This document shows, one piece after another, positions 27,669-36,911 of a DNA stretch of 64,000 nt. The DNA is taken from NCBI GenBank assembly GCA_041750655.1, contig JBGSYZ010000013.1, forward strand, positions 4,769-68,768, given 5' to 3'. The position numbers were made by a program, and so were the translations under genes. Origin of the DNA: Minisyncoccia bacterium (lineage in GTDB: Bacteria; Patescibacteriota; Minisyncoccia; Phycocordibacterales; UBA918). The first letter of the stretch is position 1; every line of letters starts with the position of its first letter. The notes beneath the pieces were generated by a model. It ran no database searches and was not told where the DNA came from. It was given only the letters and a program-made list of their open reading frames with translations.

Positions 27669-28670
27669 TTAAAAAACAATAAGAGCTGCTCCTGCTGCTA
27701 TAAGTATGATAGCAGCAGTTTTAGTAAACAATTGTTTGCCAACAAAACTTTGTGCATGGTCTTCGGAGCCTAGTTTTGCAAGAACTAATCCAATAGATAA
27801 TGTAAAGATAGGATGAAATGCATTGAATGCTGTTACCACCATGACCGACGGTCCAAGAACAATAGCCATTTGGCTAGCAGTTGTGCTGAGGGCGTATAGA
27901 CCTTCGTTTGATACTTGAATAGCAAATATTCTAGGTTTAAGAGTGTTGATAAAATCATTAAATTGTCGACGGTATGGTGGCCAAAGAGTCCATATAACTG
28001 CACTAAATAATCCCATTCCTAAACCATTTCCAAACAAAGAAGCAACTACGTTGCCACTTAGGGAAGCATCTTTAAAAAGGAAAAAACCAATACTTATAAT
28101 CGCTGATGCCATTAACATTAAACTCAATGTTTTTAAGTCCGTTCTCTTTTTTTCTGGAGAATAATTTAAAGCGAAAGCACCTAAAATTATTAGCAGAGTT
28201 GCAAGTATATGTACTGCAGTAGGTATTTCATTAAAAAATGCTAATCCGAAAATTAAAGAAAAAATTGGTATAGTTTGAAACAGTGGTGTTGTATTTATGG
28301 CGCCTCCCCTTTCAAGAGCAGTAAAATATGGAATCATCCATGTTACTTCGAGTATACCCGCTGCCATCGCCAAAAAAATACTATTTAATGGGACATTAAG
28401 TGAATATTCAGTGCCAAGAAATAGCGAAGCTATAAGGGCGCATATACAAGTGACAAAACCAAAAAAACCGGATATGAGCAACAATCTTCCTGGTGCGTCT
28501 ATCTCAACTGTTGTGGCAGTGTCTTTTTTTGCTAATCTTTTTAAAAGTAATTCATCTATGTAGCCCACACAAGCATCACCAAAGGTTGCAAGTAAAATTA
28601 ATATAACCCAAGGTGCAGCTAAAAAAAACGAAAAAACAGGTAAATTCTCCAAAGATAAAATTGATTCCAT
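27669..28670 (-). CDS. DMT-superfamily (EamA-like) 10-TM transporter
   Basis: Two 5-TM repeats; 333 aa. Confidence 0.65.
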   Translation of the reverse strand: MESILSLENLPVFSFFLAAPWVILILLATFGDACVGYIDELLLKRLAKKDTATTVEIDAPGRLLLISGFFGFVTCICALIASLFLGTEYSLNVPLNSIFLAMAAGILEVTWMIPYFTALERGGAINTTPLFQTIPIFSLIFGLAFFNEIPTAVHILATLLIILGAFALNYSPEKKRTDLKTLSLMLMASAIISIGFFLFKDASLSGNVVASLFGNGLGMGLFSAVIWTLWPPYRRQFNDFINTLKPRIFAIQVSNEGLYALSTTASQMAIVLGPSVMVVTAFNAFHPIFTLSIGLVLAKLGSEDHAQSFVGKQLFTKTAAIILIAAGAALIVF

Positions 28671-28690
28671 AGCTGTTTAAACAGTAGTAA

Positions 28691-29173
28691 TTATAACCAA
28701 AACAAAATTACAATCGGAGTGAGTAACCACCAAAAGAAATACTCTTTGGGGGCAAAGAGGGTTTGGATTGGTGAACCGGGTGTGATGAACTCAGTAATCG
28801 GAAGCACGTTGTAACTAAACGATATTACTAAGGCGGAGGCCGCGAACGCAAACAACATTTTTATGCCAAAACCTTGGAACGCCTTTTCATCAAATTCACG
28901 GGGCATGAGGCGAGCAAACAGCCAAAAGGAAATGATGGTGAAAAATACAAAGACAGATATACGAATCATTGATTCGGCGCCTGGGCCCACCCCGGCAATC
29001 ATAGATTCATAGTATGGAAAACGCAGAGACAACAAAAGCCCTAGGTATAGGGCCATAATAGCGTTTATGAGGGTTTGTTTGCCCTTGGCCATAGCGAGGA
29101 CTAAAAAGGCGCCGAAGACTACTAGCAAAAAGGTAATTTCTTTTAGGAAATCAATAATGGCGGAGGTATCCAT
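28691..29173 (-). CDS. small polytopic membrane protein (hypothetical)
   Basis: 160 aa, 4-5 TM helices. Confidence 0.4.
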   Translation of the reverse strand: MDTSAIIDFLKEITFLLVVFGAFLVLAMAKGKQTLINAIMALYLGLLLSLRFPYYESMIAGVGPGAESMIRISVFVFFTIISFWLFARLMPREFDEKAFQGFGIKMLFAFAASALVISFSYNVLPITEFITPGSPIQTLFAPKEYFFWWLLTPIVILFWL

Positions 29174-29258
29174 CCTTTATATTATACGCCATATCGGGGG
29201 GATTTTTTGGAGAAAAATTCCTGCCTGTTTACATTTAATAGTAGCTTCGCTGGTTTGG

Positions 29259-29678
29259 CTACGCCAGTCGGTCAATAGCGTATTTGGTGGCATATTGTAC
29301 ATGCTTGAACCTGTCTCCCATGAGTTTTACTCCGCCGAACCATCGGGTTACACAAATGACTGTATTGGAAATATTTTCTTTTTGCATGACGCGAAGGATG
29401 ACCATACCGGCGCCAGTTTCTCCGTCGTCGTTTTTAGTTTCAAAGATAGCGCCTTCGTGGGATACACGGGCCGCCCACGAATTGTGAGTGGCCTTTTGAT
29501 ATTTCTTATTTTTCTTAAGTGTTTTGAGAAAAGACTTTATATCTTCCCTGTTTTCTACTCGGCCTATACTAACAGAATATTGACTGCCACGGTCTTCAAT
29601 TATTTTTTCGTACAGAATAAAAACTTCGTTTGCTTCGCGAGTATCGCCAAAATCAAATTGTGTAGATTGGTGGGGCAT
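29259..29678 (-). CDS. YigZ/IMPACT-family (UPF0029) protein
   Basis: ATHNSWAARV and NDDGETGAGMVIL correspond to the ATHNCYAYR / DDGEPxGTAG motifs. Confidence 0.7.
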   Translation of the reverse strand: MPHQSTQFDFGDTREANEVFILYEKIIEDRGSQYSVSIGRVENREDIKSFLKTLKKNKKYQKATHNSWAARVSHEGAIFETKNDDGETGAGMVILRVMQKENISNTVICVTRWFGGVKLMGDRFKHVQYATKYAIDRLA

Positions 29679-29829
29679 GTTGACGTATTACTAGGTGTTC
29701 TTGACAGCTTTGCTGTCTGTAAGCACCAAGTGTCTGCTGCCACAGCTCGCGGTTCGTCTCCCTAGTAAAAGGCGACTCACAGCGCTCCGCTTTATCTAAG
29801 CTGAAAACAATGACTCGTTTTCATTTTGC

Positions 29830-30903
29830 TTAGATACCTTCCAGTTGGAGTTCCTCTATAAGCTGCTTAGCCTTACGAGACAGCTTTTGGGGCATATCGA
29901 TGGAAATCTTGACCATGAAGTCGCCGCGGCGGCCATCTTGTGGGACACCCTTCCCTTTTATGCGTAGGGACTCACCATGTTTTACACCAGCTGGAATTTT
30001 GATATCAACTGAGCCGTCTAAAGTTTCTACGTGGTAGGTGCTACCGAGTAACGCATCAGATAGTTTTAAGTGCAGTGGTGAGATAAGATTATTACCCTCA
30101 CGCTTGATACTAGGATGTGGTTTAACGTGAATCTTTACGTACAAGTCGCCGGGTTGACCGTGTGGCATGGCTTCACCGCGACCGGTCATACGAATCATTT
30201 CACCGTTTTGAATACCAGAGGGAATATTGATTGCTATTTCTTCTTCACCGCGTTTAATGCCAGTGCCAGCACAATCGCCGCAACGGTCTTTAGGAATTTT
30301 TCCAGTCCCACGACAGGCAGTACATTCTCTGACAGTTTGGAAGCTACCCATAACACTTTGACGAACTTCCCGTACACGTCCTTTTCCATTACAGGTTTTG
30401 CACTCAGTTTGTTCAGTACCAGGTTTGGCACCAGAACCGTCACATGTGGCGCACATATTATTTTTGGTCAGAAGAACCTTGCGAGTCATACCAAACACAG
30501 CATCTTTAAAAGACAGTTCTATATCGATAGAAATATCCCGACCACGAGCTTGTTGTTGGCGATCACCACCAAACCCAAACTGTTCAAAGATGTCACCGAG
30601 ATCGAATTCAAAACCACCACCTTGTCCTTGCGCTTGGGCAAAATCTTGCCAAGAAAAACCACCAAAGCCACCACCTGGTTGACCACCACCAGCGTTTTGA
30701 TAGGCGTGACCATAGGTATCGTACTCAGCTTTCTTTTTATCATCAGATAAAACAGCGTAGGCTTCGCTAATTTCCTTAAACTTGGCTTCGTCACCAGTTT
30801 TTTTATCAGGATGATACTGAGCGGCCAACTTTCGAAAAGCCTTTTTCACTTCGTCTTTATTGGCGCCTTTTTCAAGACCAAGAATTTTGTAGTAATCCTT
30901 CAT
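29830..30903 (-). CDS. dnaJ: chaperone DnaJ
   Basis: J-domain with HPD (YHPDKK), G/F-rich linker, four CxxCxGxG zinc-finger repeats. Confidence 0.9.
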   Translation of the reverse strand: MKDYYKILGLEKGANKDEVKKAFRKLAAQYHPDKKTGDEAKFKEISEAYAVLSDDKKKAEYDTYGHAYQNAGGGQPGGGFGGFSWQDFAQAQGQGGGFEFDLGDIFEQFGFGGDRQQQARGRDISIDIELSFKDAVFGMTRKVLLTKNNMCATCDGSGAKPGTEQTECKTCNGKGRVREVRQSVMGSFQTVRECTACRGTGKIPKDRCGDCAGTGIKRGEEEIAINIPSGIQNGEMIRMTGRGEAMPHGQPGDLYVKIHVKPHPSIKREGNNLISPLHLKLSDALLGSTYHVETLDGSVDIKIPAGVKHGESLRIKGKGVPQDGRRGDFMVKISIDMPQKLSRKAKQLIEELQLEGI

Positions 30904-31062
30904 AGTAGTGGTTTTAGTAGGATAATTGCAGTTGCTGGTAGTATGTCATCCCATTAAAAAATTACAAGTTTTTGAATGGTGTATTAATGTATCTGAATTT
31001 TAATAGGACAAACAGCAAGTGAAAGTGCGCAAAAGACGGAGTCTTTTGCGCACCACATCACT

Positions 31063-32976
31063 TTACACTTTCCCTTCTTCTGGAGTATCTTTCTTCACTT
31101 CTTCAGCGTCGCGGACTGGGTTTTCTTCAGTAGTCTGTTCTGCTCCCGCGGCTGCTTGGCCTTCAGCACTACTAGCCGCCTTACTCATTGCTTCACCAAT
31201 CTTTTGGGTAGCAGTTGAAAGCGCTTCAGTAGCAGTTTTAATAGCAGCGATATCTTCCTTGTCTTTCACTTCTTTAAGGGCAGAAAGCTTTTCTTCCACT
31301 TCCTTCTTTACATCATCTCCAATCTTGTCACCATAATCTTTTAGAGATTTTTCAGAAGTGTATATGAGTTGGTCTGCTATATTACGTGCTTCAATCACTT
31401 CTTTCTTCTTCTTGTCTTCGTCGGCGTGGGCTTCCGCGTCTTGTTTCATTTTTTCAATATCTTCTTCAGACAGGCCGGAGTTAGCTTCAATACGAATCGA
31501 CTGTTCTTTACCAGTTGATTTATCTTTTGCTTTTACATTTAACACACCGTTACTATCGACGTCGAACGTTACTTCAATTTGTGGTACACCACGTGGCGCT
31601 GGTGGAATGCCATCGAGCACAAACTTACCAAGTGATTTATTGTCAGCAGCCATTGGGCGCTCACCTTGAGTAATGTGAATTTCAGTTGAAGTCTGATTGT
31701 CGGCAGCGGTAGAAAATACCTGCTCTTTCTTTGTTGGAATGTGGGTGTTTTTTTCAATTAGTTTAGTCGCTACTCCACCCATGGTTTCGATACCCAGTGA
31801 CAATGGAATAACGTCTACCAAAGTAATATCTTGCACATCGCCTTGGAAAATACCGGCTTGGATAGCTGCACCAAGCGCTACCACCTCGTCTGGGTTTACA
31901 TTTTTATTTGGCTCCTTACCAAATAAATCCTTTACCGCTTTTACAATTGCTGGCATGCGAGTTTGGCCACCTACCAAAATCACTTCATTAATCTCGGCTG
32001 GTTTCATTGATGAGGCTTCTAAGGCTCGTTTGATAATCTCGATTGATTTATCAATGTATGGTGCTGCTAGTTCTTCTAATTTCGCTCGGGTCAGTTTGAT
32101 AAGCATATGCTTTGGACCTTCAGCTCCAGAAGTAATGAATGGAATGTTTACTTCTGTATCTACTGAAGAGGACAGCTCAAGCTTGGCCTTTTCAGCTGCT
32201 TCATCAAGCCGTTGTAGTGCTAAGGAATCTTTACCAAGATCAATTCCTTCAGACTTCTTAAATTCAGCAATCAGGTAACGAACAATTTCTTGGTCAATAT
32301 CTCGTCCACCCATATGAGCGTCACCGTCGGTTGATTGTACTTCTACAACGTCATCCCCAACTTCGAGCACGGTCACGTCGAAAGTTCCACCACCGAAGTC
32401 ATATACTACTATCTTCTCGTCTTTCTTTTTGTTAAATCCATACGAGAGTGCCGCCGCTGTTGGTTCGTTAATGATTCGTCGTACGTTGAGTCCAGCAATC
32501 TTGCCTGCGTCTTGTGTAGCTTTGCGTTGGGCGTCATTAAAGTACGCCGGCACCGTAATAACTGCTTCGGTTATAGTCTCACCTGTCTTGGCTTCAGCAT
32601 CAGCTTTAAGCTTAGAAAGAATCATGGCTGATACTTCCTCAGGACGATAATCTTTATCACCCATAGTGACCATCGCTCCACCGTCACTCCCCTTCTTTAC
32701 TTCATACGGCACGATCTCTTTGTCTTTCTGAACCGCAGCTTCGTCAAAATTATGACCCATGAAGCGCTTAATACCGTAAATAGTATTCTTAGGGTTGGTT
32801 ACTGCTTGTCGTTTAGCTATTTGTCCCACCAGTCTTTCGCCGGTTTTAGAAATAGCCACCACTGATGGTGTGGTTCTGGTTCCTTCTGCGTTTTCTATAA
32901 TTTTTGGTTCACCGCCTTCGATGATAGCCATCGCTGAGTTGGTTGTTCCTAAATCGATTCCTAAAATTTTTGCCAT
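31063..32976 (-). CDS. dnaK: chaperone DnaK (Hsp70)
   Basis: [17 protein letters not shown]…, DLGGGTFD, 637 aa. Confidence 0.95.
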   Translation of the reverse strand: MAKILGIDLGTTNSAMAIIEGGEPKIIENAEGTRTTPSVVAISKTGERLVGQIAKRQAVTNPKNTIYGIKRFMGHNFDEAAVQKDKEIVPYEVKKGSDGGAMVTMGDKDYRPEEVSAMILSKLKADAEAKTGETITEAVITVPAYFNDAQRKATQDAGKIAGLNVRRIINEPTAAALSYGFNKKKDEKIVVYDFGGGTFDVTVLEVGDDVVEVQSTDGDAHMGGRDIDQEIVRYLIAEFKKSEGIDLGKDSLALQRLDEAAEKAKLELSSSVDTEVNIPFITSGAEGPKHMLIKLTRAKLEELAAPYIDKSIEIIKRALEASSMKPAEINEVILVGGQTRMPAIVKAVKDLFGKEPNKNVNPDEVVALGAAIQAGIFQGDVQDITLVDVIPLSLGIETMGGVATKLIEKNTHIPTKKEQVFSTAADNQTSTEIHITQGERPMAADNKSLGKFVLDGIPPAPRGVPQIEVTFDVDSNGVLNVKAKDKSTGKEQSIRIEANSGLSEEDIEKMKQDAEAHADEDKKKKEVIEARNIADQLIYTSEKSLKDYGDKIGDDVKKEVEEKLSALKEVKDKEDIAAIKTATEALSTATQKIGEAMSKAASSAEGQAAAGAEQTTEENPVRDAEEVKKDTPEEGKV

Positions 32977-33086
32977 AATGTACTATCGTTAATTTCTAGT
33001 TTTTGTTAAATCTCTACCTTTACTTTCATGTTGCACGAAGTGCGTTTCTGCTTTTTTCTGATTTTACCATTTTAACTACATGAAAG

Positions 33087-33683
33087 TTAGGGTGAGGTAA
33101 ATTCTCCTACCATAACCCGAGCCGGGCGTATTACGTCTGTCGATCCATTATCTTCCATGGTATAGCCAGGTTGAATGACAGTAATAATTTTATGGTGTTC
33201 CGCTTCATTAGTAACCGGAACATTTCCCATGGCGTCATGTAAGTTTGGATCAAATTCTTCACCAATTGGGTTAATGGTTTTGACTTTATGTGATTGTAAT
33301 ACTCCTTGTAATTGAGTAAAGATACTCTCTACTCCCTTGCGCCAGACTTCATCGACATTATTCCAAACCTCCTTGTTATTCATGGCCATATGGAAACTGT
33401 CGCACAATGGCAGCAATTCCTCTATGAAATGAATAGAAGTTCTTTTTTTATCTTTGAGGCGATCTTCCTCCATTCGTTTTCGAGCGTTGAGGAAATCGGC
33501 TTTGGCCCGTTGAAGCTCTTCTAGGTTGGTAAGTTTATCAGCTTCGCACTTCTTTAATTTATCTCGTAATTTTTTAATCTTGTCTCCAGCCTGCATTTCA
33601 GCATCTTCCAAATCAATGTCGTCACTGGAAACTGTGTCTTCAAATTCAATGTTATCTTCGATTGTTTCTTCTTTATCTAACAT
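33087..33683 (-). CDS. grpE: nucleotide exchange factor GrpE
   Basis: Coiled-coil N-terminus and conserved C-terminal GEEFDPNLHDAM region; operon with dnaK-dnaJ. Confidence 0.85.
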   Translation of the reverse strand: MLDKEETIEDNIEFEDTVSSDDIDLEDAEMQAGDKIKKLRDKLKKCEADKLTNLEELQRAKADFLNARKRMEEDRLKDKKRTSIHFIEELLPLCDSFHMAMNNKEVWNNVDEVWRKGVESIFTQLQGVLQSHKVKTINPIGEEFDPNLHDAMGNVPVTNEAEHHKIITVIQPGYTMEDNGSTDVIRPARVMVGEFTSP

Positions 33684-33692
33684 AGCTACAGT

Positions 33693-33722
33693 ATTATAAA
33701 TTTAATTTTTACTTCTGTCAAA
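33693..33722 (-). promoter_or_regulatory. sigma70-type promoter TTGACA-N18-TATAAT for grpE-dnaK-dnaJ (near-leaderless)
   Basis: Minus-strand TTGACA (plus 33717-33722) and TATAAT (plus 33693-33698); grpE ATG at 33683. Confidence 0.55.
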
Positions 33723-34025
33723 GTTTAAAATATTTATGTTCTACTTCACTTTTTTACGCTTCTCAACATTATTACATTTTATACATACATTTTTGTTGCC
33801 AAAATGATATTATTTTAGTACCCGCTCTTTGGTGGGGTGTTAGGAGGAGAATGCTCATTGTAGCTTCCTCTACGAACATGTTTTGAATCAAAGTAATACT
33901 CTCTACGTGTATTGCTTACATACCAAGCTTTCTACACTAGACGGTATGTCACTCCAACAAACCCATGTTGGTTTAGGTCCTGGAGGTAGGACTGGAGCAC
34001 ATGATTTAGTCTAGTAGAACACATA

Positions 34026-34050
34026 GCCCAGGTTTATCCTGGGTTTTTGT
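34026..34050 (+). terminator. plus-strand intrinsic terminator with no upstream ORF
   Basis: CCCAGG-TTTA-TCCTGGG followed by TTTTTGTGT. Confidence 0.6.
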
Positions 34051-34130
34051 GTACCCCCCTACTACTATTTTAAAGAAATAGAGCTAGGAAAGACCTGGTT
34101 ATAATTTATAAAACATATTTTTAAAAAATC

Positions 34131-34165
34131 TAGATTGCAGAAGAAACATCAGGTGTGTATAATGT
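34131..34165 (+). promoter_or_regulatory. sigma70-type promoter TTGCAG-N17-TATAAT
   Basis: TTGCAG 34131-34136; 17-nt spacer; TATAAT 34154-34159. Confidence 0.5.
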
Positions 34166-34225
34166 GTGAACCTTTAGCTTACGTTGGAGGTAAAATGATA
34201 AGAGTCTCCGGACACTTATCGGCTG

Positions 34226-34252
34226 CAAAAAATCCCGCTTGCGGGATTTTTT
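34226..34252. terminator. bidirectional intrinsic terminator
   Basis: AAAAAATCCCGC-TTG-GCGGGATTTTTT, a perfect palindromic A-tract/stem/U-tract. Confidence 0.75.
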
Positions 34253-34351
34253 GTTTGTATAGGAAAAGGCGCCGCGATGCGGCGCCTTGGTGAAGTCGAA
34301 ACTACTAAGTCGACTTCTCTTTAGGAAACACACAGTTCTGGATAAATTTGA

Positions 34352-34576
34352 TCATGCCGGCTTTGGCAATGTTAGGGTTTCTGTTCCAGAATGTTTCCAT
34401 CTCAGCTTTGCTTGTGCCGATGTCTTCATCGGTCGCATTTTACCCAAGATAAATTTGACTGAACTCAGTACCATCCAAGCGTCAATCTGACTTTCCTCGG
34501 AAGTGTTCCCAGCACGAAGTTCAGCGACACAGTTCTTGAAGGACGCTACTAGCCCTTCTTTGCCTTCGTCAATCAT
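34352..34576 (-). CDS. small hypothetical protein (74 aa) with good SD
   Basis: GGAGGA 7 nt upstream of the ATG; followed by two GC-rich hairpins at 34268-34325. Confidence 0.45.
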   Translation of the reverse strand: MIDEGKEGLVASFKNCVAELRAGNTSEESQIDAWMVLSSVKFILGKMRPMKTSAQAKLRWKHSGTETLTLPKPA

Positions 34577-34640
34577 TTGCTTCCTCCAAAAAACTAAAAA
34601 TATTATACTTATATTAAGTGTTTTGTCAATTCAATATTTA

Positions 34641-34672
34641 AAACAAAAAAACGAAGCAAGTGTGCTTCGTTC
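34641..34672 (-). terminator. intrinsic terminator of the ribosomal-protein operon (after rpsI)
   Basis: ACGAAGCA-AGTG-TGCTTCGT hairpin; on the minus strand it is followed by TTTTTTTGTTTT. Confidence 0.7.
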
Positions 34673-34689
34673 CTTCGTTTAGTATTACG

Positions 34690-34705
34690 AAACGTAATTA
34701 CGTTT
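34690..34705. repeat. 16-bp perfect palindrome AAACGTAATTACGTTT
   Basis: Direct reading; sits between the rpsI stop and its terminator. Confidence 0.6.
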
Positions 34706-34781
34706 GTTTCCACCTAGCCCTGGTTCGCCATCAAGGCTCACATCGGGCTTCCTGCCTGGAGGCAGGACCAGAGCAAACGCG

Positions 34782-35183
34782 TTAGCGTTTGCTCCAAGCT
34801 CCTCGCTTCCGAGCCTTCTTAAGTCCAAATTTCTTTCGTTCCACTGAACGTGGATCACGCATAAGGAAGCCTAGTGATTTTAGGACACCACGTCGCTCTC
34901 CTTTCTCTTTAACTAGAGCTCGAGCGATACCAAGTCGAATTGCTTCTGCTTGTGATGATAACCCACCACCTGAAACTTTAGCAGTAATAGTGTAGGTACC
35001 TACACCCGCTTCGTCAACTCCTAAAACAGAATTAATATCCTTATTGTGTGACTCGTGTGCAAAATATTCCTCAACTGGTTTTTCGTTAACCACAACAGTA
35101 GTGGCTTTAGCTGGAGTAATGCGAACTCGAGCAGTTGAAGTTTTTCGTCGGCCGATGCCTTCTGTGTATTTTTCAGTTGCCAT
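34782..35183 (-). CDS. rpsI: 30S ribosomal protein S9
   Basis: C-terminal …GLKKARKRGAWSKR. Confidence 0.9.
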   Translation of the reverse strand: MATEKYTEGIGRRKTSTARVRITPAKATTVVVNEKPVEEYFAHESHNKDINSVLGVDEAGVGTYTITAKVSGGGLSSQAEAIRLGIARALVKEKGERRGVLKSLGFLMRDPRSVERKKFGLKKARKRGAWSKR

Positions 35184-35184
35184 A

Positions 35185-35547
35185 TTATTCGCTTAATTCT
35201 AAATTCTTTAAAAGTTTACTTTGAAGTTTATTCTTCGGGAGCATGTTTCGTACAGAACGTTTGAACACTTCAGGGTAACCAAGACGCTTAGCTAGATGTT
35301 CGAGCGTCTCTTCGCTACGTCCTCCTGGGTATCCAGAGTATGATTGATAAATTTCCTCTTTTTTCTTTTCTGGGATATCCATCTTACTTAGGTTTGTTAC
35401 CTTAACAGTAACTGGAGCAATTACGTTCTTAGCAAAATCAGGTTGATCTTTACCCATCAAAATTACCGCCACTTCTGTAGCCAGCTTTCCAAGACGACGT
35501 CCTGTGGCGTCTACTTCAACTATTTTGTTTTCCAATTCAGTATTCAT
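35185..35547 (-). CDS. rplM: 50S ribosomal protein L13 (short form)
   Basis: VEVDATGRRLGKLATEVAVILMGK N-terminal motif; paired with rpsI. Confidence 0.85.
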   Translation of the reverse strand: MNTELENKIVEVDATGRRLGKLATEVAVILMGKDQPDFAKNVIAPVTVKVTNLSKMDIPEKKKEEIYQSYSGYPGGRSEETLEHLAKRLGYPEVFKRSVRNMLPKNKLQSKLLKNLELSE

Positions 35548-35549
35548 AA

Positions 35550-35903
35550 CTATACAAGCTCAATTACAGCTTCATCACGGCCCGCTGCAGTGCGACCCAT
35601 TTTAATAATACGAGTGTAGCCACCGTCACGCTCTTTGTACTTTGGAGCCACTTCTGTGAAAAGATTTTTAATGAAGTCAGCGCTTGGTTCACCAAGACGA
35701 GTAGAGACAGTTCGTCGAGCAGCCACGGTGTCTTTTTTGGCAGTCGTGATAAGTTTTTCTACAAATGGACGAACTTCTTTAGCTTTTGCTTCAGTAGTTT
35801 TGATTTTTCCGTTTTCAAACAAAGAAATCGCAAGACCACGCAAAAGAGCAGTACGCAAGCGACTTGTTCTTCCTAGTGTTCGGTTGTTTGTGCGGTGTTG
35901 CAT
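35550..35903 (-). CDS. rplQ: 50S ribosomal protein L17
   Basis: MQHRTNNRTLGRTSRLRTALLRGL…GGYTRIIKMGRTAAGRDEAVIELV. Confidence 0.9.
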   Translation of the reverse strand: MQHRTNNRTLGRTSRLRTALLRGLAISLFENGKIKTTEAKAKEVRPFVEKLITTAKKDTVAARRTVSTRLGEPSADFIKNLFTEVAPKYKERDGGYTRIIKMGRTAAGRDEAVIELV

Positions 35904-35920
35904 ATTTCTGTATTAATTGA

Positions 35921-36880
35921 TTATTCAGACAAATTTAGTTTCATTGAAGCCAAGACATCTTCAATTTCTTCAACCCCTTTAGGGCCGAGACCATCGAGCG
36001 CTAGGATATCATCTTTTTTCTTTCGAACAAGTCCACCAATAGTTCTGATGCTAGCTGCTTCAAGCGCATTTTGAGTTCGTGTAGAAAGATCTAGGGTCTC
36101 GATGCGTGTTTTTAGGACGTCCGGATCAGGTTCGGTCGAAGCTTCTACTTCAGGTTTTTCAGGCACTACTGCCTTCTCAACTACTTCTTCTTGAAAACCA
36201 ATGACTGCCTTAAGTTGATGAATCATAATTTCAATTGCGTCTTCAAGGGCCTCACGTGGTGTCATTGTGCCATCAGTTTCTACTGATACACGAAGGCGGT
36301 TGTAGTCAGTTCGGTCACCCACACGCATGTTTTCTACTTCGTAGTTAGCACGACGAATTGGTGTAAATACAGCATCAAGCGCAATAGTACCGATTTCTAC
36401 TTTATCTTTTTGGTGAACTTCACGAGGTACATAGCCGAGACCATGTTCCACAGTCATTTCGATTTCTAGCTTTGTTGATTTAGCAGTGATTTCAGCAATT
36501 GGTTGGTCAGGATTAAGAATTTCTACTTGAGATGGAGCTTCAATGTTAGCTGCGGTCACCATTCCAGCGCCACTTGCTTTTAGTGTAACCTTCTGTGGTT
36601 CATCGCCGTGTAGTTTTAAGCGAAGACGTTTAATATTAAGAAGGATAGTGATTACATCTTCCTTAACACCGTCCATGGTAGAAAACTCGTGTTCAACACC
36701 ATCAATTTTTACTTGTGTAATAGCAGCCCCTGGAAGAGATGAAAGAATGATTCGTCGTAGTGAGTTACCAAGAGTATGACCGTAGCCTGGGAATAGACCG
36801 TCAATTTCGTAAGTACCAGAAAATTCCTCCTCTTTTACGATTCGTGGCTTACTTGGTAGGGCGATGTTTTTATCTAACAT
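35921..36880 (-). CDS. rpoA: DNA-directed RNA polymerase alpha subunit
   Basis: N-terminal dimerisation domain and C-terminal domain; position between rpsD and rplQ. Confidence 0.9.
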   Translation of the reverse strand: MLDKNIALPSKPRIVKEEEFSGTYEIDGLFPGYGHTLGNSLRRIILSSLPGAAITQVKIDGVEHEFSTMDGVKEDVITILLNIKRLRLKLHGDEPQKVTLKASGAGMVTAANIEAPSQVEILNPDQPIAEITAKSTKLEIEMTVEHGLGYVPREVHQKDKVEIGTIALDAVFTPIRRANYEVENMRVGDRTDYNRLRVSVETDGTMTPREALEDAIEIMIHQLKAVIGFQEEVVEKAVVPEKPEVEASTEPDPDVLKTRIETLDLSTRTQNALEAASIRTIGGLVRKKKDDILALDGLGPKGVEEIEDVLASMKLNLSE

Positions 36881-36911
36881 AGTTTTGTTCTTACGTTATT
36901 AATTAAATACA

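Noticed and set aside
29690-29830. Possible tRNA/ncRNA in the GC-richer spacer downstream of dnaJ (GGTTCGTCTCC)
   Set aside because: The T-loop candidate has U at the invariant A58 position and there is no cloverleaf on either strand. More likely ordinary hairpins (a CTAAGC…GCTTAG stem) ending the dnaJ transcript.
30115-32992. Numerous antisense or alternative-frame ORFs inside dnaJ and dnaK (e.g. 30115..30750, 31697..32278, 32429..32650)
   Set aside because: Fully embedded in highly conserved chaperone genes on the opposite strand or frame; Ser/Ala-rich composition; no independent support.
34130-34490. ORFs 34130..34333(-) and 34287..34490(+)
   Set aside because: They overlap the bidirectional terminator and GC-hairpins; basic, low-complexity products; inconsistent with the promoter/terminator layout.
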